This document shows, piece after piece, positions 60,080 through 64,000 of a stretch of 64,000 nt of DNA. The stretch is from an uncultured bacterium. Its GTDB lineage: Bacteria > Hydrogenedentota > Hydrogenedentia > Hydrogenedentales > JAEUWI01. Where the stretch lies: NCBI GenBank assembly GCA_963977445.1, contig CAXBPH010000003.1, positions 1-64,000 of the forward strand. The letters run 5' to 3'. A program made the translations under genes and the position numbers. The notes below the pieces were generated by a model. The model was not told the origin of the DNA, did not search any database, and saw only the letters and a list, made by a program, of their open reading frames with translations. Position 1 is the first letter of the stretch. Each line of letters opens with the position of its first letter.

Positions 60080-60396
60080 TTGCTTCCCTTTCTTTTTTCC
60101 TCTTCTTGGCACAATTTATCTATACGCAGCATCATATCGTCAATTGCTTCATCAACACTTTGATAGCCGCCTTTTCGTATAGTCTTGTCTGGAGGTAGTC
60201 GAAAACCAACGATTGGCTCGATGGCTAACAAAGTGCTTACGACGGCAAAGGAGTCCAAAAGTGGCTCCCAAACCTTGCGCAACAGAGCCCCCTCATCCAC
60301 AATCTCGTCAAGCTTGTCAGTCAAAACTGCCCGAATTTCGCAAGAAGTCAAATGAACATCTTCGTCGATTTGAAACGCTGTGGATGTGTTTGCCAT
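60076..60396 (-). CDS. Hypothetical protein, first gene of the island operon
   Basis: AGGAG RBS 7 nt before ATG; stop coupled to the HTH start; follows a promoter. Confidence 0.65.
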   Translation of the reverse strand: MANTSTAFQIDEDVHLTSCEIRAVLTDKLDEIVDEGALLRKVWEPLLDSFAVVSTLLAIEPIVGFRLPPDKTIRKGGYQSVDEAIDDMMLRIDKLCQEEEKRKGSK

Positions 60397-60421
60397 ACCG
60401 AATCTCCTGTGCTACTTGGTT

Positions 60422-60450
60422 AGGATACCAAAATTCAGTTGGAAAATCAA
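60422..60450 (-). promoter_or_regulatory. Sigma70 promoter of the island operon
   Basis: Minus strand TTGATT-N17-TATCCT with extended -10 TG. Confidence 0.6.
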
Positions 60451-60463
60451 ACACAAAATATCA

Positions 60464-60486
60464 ATATGTTAGATTTTCTAACATAT
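60464..60486. promoter_or_regulatory. Candidate XRE operator
   Basis: Perfect inverted repeat ATATGTTAGA-TTT-TCTAACATAT. Confidence 0.6.
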
Positions 60487-60488
60487 GG

Positions 60489-60571
60489 TATAGCCCAGGG
60501 TTTTGCTTGTTCGCGCTTGGGGCGTGAACTTGCTGCGCCCTGGGCTATAGTGTGTCACCCCGTTGGGGCTA
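60489..60571. repeat. REP-like palindromic element at the island boundary
   Basis: 12-bp inverted repeat tatagcccaggg/ccctgggctata plus cccc-gtt-gggg hairpin. Confidence 0.65.
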
Positions 60572-60574
60572 TTC

Positions 60575-60822
60575 AGATCGCCCTGTACGGATTCGCCGAA
60601 GAATGACACTTCGCCCGAAGTGGGCGCCAGCAACCCCATGAGCACCTTGATGGTCGTGCTCTTACCCGCGCCATTGGGCCCGAGAAGGCCGAAGGCGGCC
60701 CCACGCTTTATTTGGAGATTGAGGCCGTGGACACCATCTCCGTGTTCGTAGGTTTTTACGAGTTCTGAGATTTCGACCACCGACTCGGTCTTCACCGGGG
60801 CCTGTTTATCCATAACCTGCAC
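60575..60822 (-). pseudogene. Truncated ABC transporter ATP-binding protein (5' fragment)
   Basis: Walker A GPNGAGKST present; no Q-loop, signature or Walker B; the frame runs into the REP-like element and stops at 60478. Confidence 0.8.
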
Positions 60823-60964
60823 GAAAACAACTCCCCTTGTTCTTCGCTGCAGAACCTGCGTGCAGCGGGAAAACTGCCAACGAAATAGCCCGATACGCTA
60901 TAGTACAAGACATTAATCTATCTGACAATCCCCAAAGATTAACCGGAAAGCCCAATCAAAATTC

Positions 60965-62293
60965 ATGGCCGAAGATCTATTTGAAAATGCCGCCGCTGAG
61001 CGGATGCGGAAGGAAGCCCCGCTGGCCCGCCGTATCGCCCCCCGCACCCTCGATGACTTTGTGGGGCAGGAGCATATCCTCGGGCATGGCAAACTCTTGC
61101 GTCGCGCCATCGAAGCCGATCGCATCACCTCCCTCCTCCTTTATGGTCCCCCGGGCACGGGCAAGACCGCGCTGGCGCGTATTATCGCCATGCGGACCAA
61201 ATCGGCCTTTGAACCCTTAAATGCGGTGACGTCGGGCGTGAAAGAGCTGCGGGAACTCCTGGCCCAGGCCAAGCAACGGCGCATCCACCAACAGAAGCGC
61301 ACCATCGTTTTCGTGGACGAAATTCACCGATTCAATAAGGCCCAGCAGGACGCCCTCCTCCCCGATGTGGAGAATGGCAACATCACCATGATCGGTGCCA
61401 CCACGGAGAACCCCTTCTTCTCCGTCGTCGCGCCTCTCCTCTCCCGTTCCCAGATTTTTGAATTCAAACGTCACACGGAAGAAGCCCTCGTCGGCTTACT
61501 GCGCCGCGCCCTCACACATCCCGAGCTGGGGATGGACCCCGAGACCATCACGGTAGACGACGACGCCTTCGCTCATATCGCGCGCTATGCCGAAGGGGAT
61601 GTGCGCCGTTCCCTCAATGCCTTGGAAGTGGCCCTGCTTACCACGCCGGTGGTCGATGAGAAGATTCACATCACCGTGGAAGAAGCCCGGGAATCCATCC
61701 AGCGCAAACTCCTCCACTACGATGGCACGGGCGATGGCCACTATGACGCGGCCTCGGCTTTTATCAAATCCATGCGGGGGAGCAATCCCGATTCGGCCCT
61801 CTATTGGATGGCCCGCATGCTGGAAGCCGGTGAAACGCCGCGCTTTGTGGCGCGACGCATCTGCATCGCCGCGTCGGAAGATGTGGGCAATGCCGACCCC
61901 ATGGCGCTGGTGCTGGCGAACGCCGCCTTCCAGACCTGTGAGTTCATCGGCATGCCCGAAGCGCGCATCATGCTCGCCCAGGCCGTGACCTACATCGCCG
62001 CCGCCCCCAAGAGCAATGCGTCCTACGCGGCCATCGACGCCGCCATCGCGGCCGTGCGGGAAGAAAAAACCACCGAAATTCCCAAACACCTCCAGGATGC
62101 CCACTACAAGGGGGCCAAACGACTGGGTCACGGGGCCAACTATCAGTATGCCCACGATTTTGAAGACAACTACGTCACCCAGGACTACGGCATCCCCCGG
62201 GGCACCTTCTATCAGCCCACGAAAAATGGCAAGGAAGCCGAAATAAAGGCCTGGATGGATGAACTCGACGCCCGGGACCGGGGAGAGAACTAG
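60965..62293 (+). CDS. rarA: Replication-associated recombination protein A
   Basis: [48 protein letters not shown]. Confidence 0.96.
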   Translation: MAEDLFENAAAERMRKEAPLARRIAPRTLDDFVGQEHILGHGKLLRRAIEADRITSLLLYGPPGTGKTALARIIAMRTKSAFEPLNAVTSGVKELRELLAQAKQRRIHQQKRTIVFVDEIHRFNKAQQDALLPDVENGNITMIGATTENPFFSVVAPLLSRSQIFEFKRHTEEALVGLLRRALTHPELGMDPETITVDDDAFAHIARYAEGDVRRSLNALEVALLTTPVVDEKIHITVEEARESIQRKLLHYDGTGDGHYDAASAFIKSMRGSNPDSALYWMARMLEAGETPRFVARRICIAASEDVGNADPMALVLANAAFQTCEFIGMPEARIMLAQAVTYIAAAPKSNASYAAIDAAIAAVREEKTTEIPKHLQDAHYKGAKRLGHGANYQYAHDFEDNYVTQDYGIPRGTFYQPTKNGKEAEIKAWMDELDARDRGEN

Positions 62294-62393
62294 TCCACAC
62301 CGATACGCACTGGACAGCACGACGTCTTCGGGGGTATCGTAGTCGTAGCATCCTACTGCACTGACCCCATTGACCGATTGGAGGGCCTTTACC

Positions 62394-62831
62394 ATGCTGA
62401 CCTATTTTATATTGACGGGCATCATTGTCTTTGGATTTGCCTTTGCCATGTGGCTGGGCACCTTTCTGCTTAACCGCAGCATAAACACGACCCTGGAAAC
62501 CGAAGATGAGGCGCGGCACAATGTCGCCGGTCAACTCGGCTATGGCACCCTGCTGCTGGGCGCTACCATCATTCTCACGGTCGTATTCTTCCAAATGGAT
62601 CGGGCACCCATCATCCCCCCCATGCCCCCGGGGCTGCAGCCCGAGGGGATACGCCGGGAGGCTGAAGCGGAAAAAAAGGACACCAAGGCCATCGTCCCGG
62701 AGTCCAAGAAAGAAGCAGCGCCCCCTGCACCGGTCAATGGAGCACCCGAGGTCACCCCGCCGACCGATATTAAACCGGCGGAGCCGAAAGAAGCCATACA
62801 GCCGGAGGCATCATCCGCGCTATCGGTGTAG
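62394..62831 (+). CDS. Hypothetical membrane protein with Pro/Glu-rich tail
   Basis: GGAGG RBS; two hydrophobic helices. Confidence 0.6.
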   Translation: MLTYFILTGIIVFGFAFAMWLGTFLLNRSINTTLETEDEARHNVAGQLGYGTLLLGATIILTVVFFQMDRAPIIPPMPPGLQPEGIRREAEAEKKDTKAIVPESKKEAAPPAPVNGAPEVTPPTDIKPAEPKEAIQPEASSALSV

Positions 62832-62864
62832 ACGCTGAAGCGCTCAACGACCTTGGAACCTTCC

Positions 62865-64000
62865 ATGCACAAGTCTACGCGTTTCGCCTTGCTACTCTGC
62901 ACCCTGCTGTCCTTCGCGGCAGTCGGGAGCCCTACCTTCACGATGGTGCCCATGGACGACGGCACCAAACTCGCAACCGATGTCCATCTGCCCGGTGGTG
63001 AAGCACCCTGGCCCGCCATTGTCCTCCGCAGTACCTACGGGCGCATGGGTTCCGTGGCCCGCGAGTGGCTCGAACTGAATTATGCCGTCGTCATTCAGGA
63101 TGTCCGCGGCATGGGCGACAGCGAAGGTGAAGCCCATGTCTTCTATGCCGATGGATGGCGCGAGGACCAGCACGATGGGGCCGACACGGTCGCGTGGGTC
63201 AAGGCCCAGCCCTGGTGTGACGGCAAGATCGGCACCTGGGGCGGCTCCGCACTGGCCATCACCGAAATGCTCATGGCACCCACCACGCCGGATATAGCCG
63301 TGCAGCACATGGTCGCCACGCCCGCTAACCTCTATTTCGACACGGCCTACCATGGCGGCGTGTTGCGCAAAATGCTTATCGAAGGCTGGCTGACTTCGAT
63401 TAGACAACCCCATATGATCGACGTCTACAAAAGTCACCCCCGTTACGACGACTATTGGGCCCACTTTGACACCGTGGCAAAGGCGGCTGACATCAACGCA
63501 CCGGCCCTCTTTGAAAACGGGTGGTATGACATCTTTCAGCAGGGCACCATCGACGGATTTCTCGCCCGGGAAGGACAGGGCGCAGCCCCGGCAAAAGGCA
63601 ACAACTTTCTCATCATGAAATGGTCGAGTCATGGCCCCGACGTGGAAGACGATTACAAACTCAACGAAAACCGTTTCGACCTCAAAATCAGCAAACTACG
63701 CGACCAGATATTTCGACACTACCTCCGGGGCAACGACGACATCAGCGAGATCCCCAAGGTCCATTATTACGTCATGGGGGCGGACACCCCCAACGCGCCC
63801 GGCAACGAATGGCGCACAGCCAATCAGTGGCCGCCCTACGAAACAACGGCGACGACCTACTACTTACATCAGGACAGCACGCTCAGCACGAACACACCGA
63901 ATGCAGATGGCGTGCGCAGCTATGTCTTCGATCCCGCCAATCCCGTCCCCACCCATGGCGGCAACAACCTCCTCATGCCGTCCGGCGCCTTCAACCAGAA
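62865..64000 (+). CDS. CocE/NonD family hydrolase (runs off the window end)
   Basis: Hand translation: signal peptide MHKSTRFALLLC, MDDGTKLATDVHLP, QDVRGMGDSEG, WCDGKIGTWGGSA; absent from the ORF track because there is no stop in the window. Confidence 0.85.
   Translation, partial: MHKSTRFALLLCTLLSFAAVGSPTFTMVPMDDGTKLATDVHLPGGEAPWPAIVLRSTYGRMGSVAREWLELNYAVVIQDVRGMGDSEGEAHVFYADGWREDQHDGADTVAWVKAQPWCDGKIGTWGGSALAITEMLMAPTTPDIAVQHMVATPANLYFDTAYHGGVLRKMLIEGWLTSIRQPHMIDVYKSHPRYDDYWAHFDTVAKAADINAPALFENGWYDIFQQGTIDGFLAREGQGAAPAKGNNFLIMKWSSHGPDVEDDYKLNENRFDLKISKLRDQIFRHYLRGNDDISEIPKVHYYVMGADTPNAPGNEWRTANQWPPYETTATTYYLHQDSTLSTNTPNADGVRSYVFDPANPVPTHGGNNLLMPSGAFNQ

Noticed and set aside
53600..60600. 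Prophage, ICE or IS as the carrier of the island
   Set aside because: No integrase, transposase, tRNA or flanking direct repeats found by eye

Overview
Bacterial genomic window, mostly GC-rich. The gene content (DUF1559, PSD1/DUF1501, DUF1800, DUF1080, sulfatases, poly-GE linker) suggests a PVC-like or Candidatus Hydrogenedentes-like organism; this taxonomy is inference. Main parts: a sigma54-driven PEP-CTERM-type gene, periplasmic redox/sugar genes, a LacI-DUF1559 pair, an assimilatory nitrate/nitrite reduction cluster with two fused enzymes and divergent sigma54 promoters, three sulfatases, a peptidoglycan-recycling operon (GH1-like, kinase-MurQ, SpoIID), hrcA-grpE-dnaK-dnaJ with a perfect CIRCE, cfa, a Cys-rich repeat protein and rarA. 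The standout is an AT-richer, tightly coupled minus-strand island (~54.9-60.5 kb): small ORF, XRE HTH, IrrE/ImmA metallopeptidase fused to a chagasin-like inhibitor domain, papain-like protease, thymidylate-synthase-fold protein, thymidine-hypermodification helical domain fused to MazG, and an AcpS-type phosphopantetheinyl transferase. It has its own promoter and a palindromic candidate operator, and lies between a truncated ABC ATPase gene and a possibly clipped GNAT gene. It is a candidate protease-regulated nucleotide/DNA-modification (possibly anti-phage) system. All calls come from motif recognition by eye; no database searches were run.
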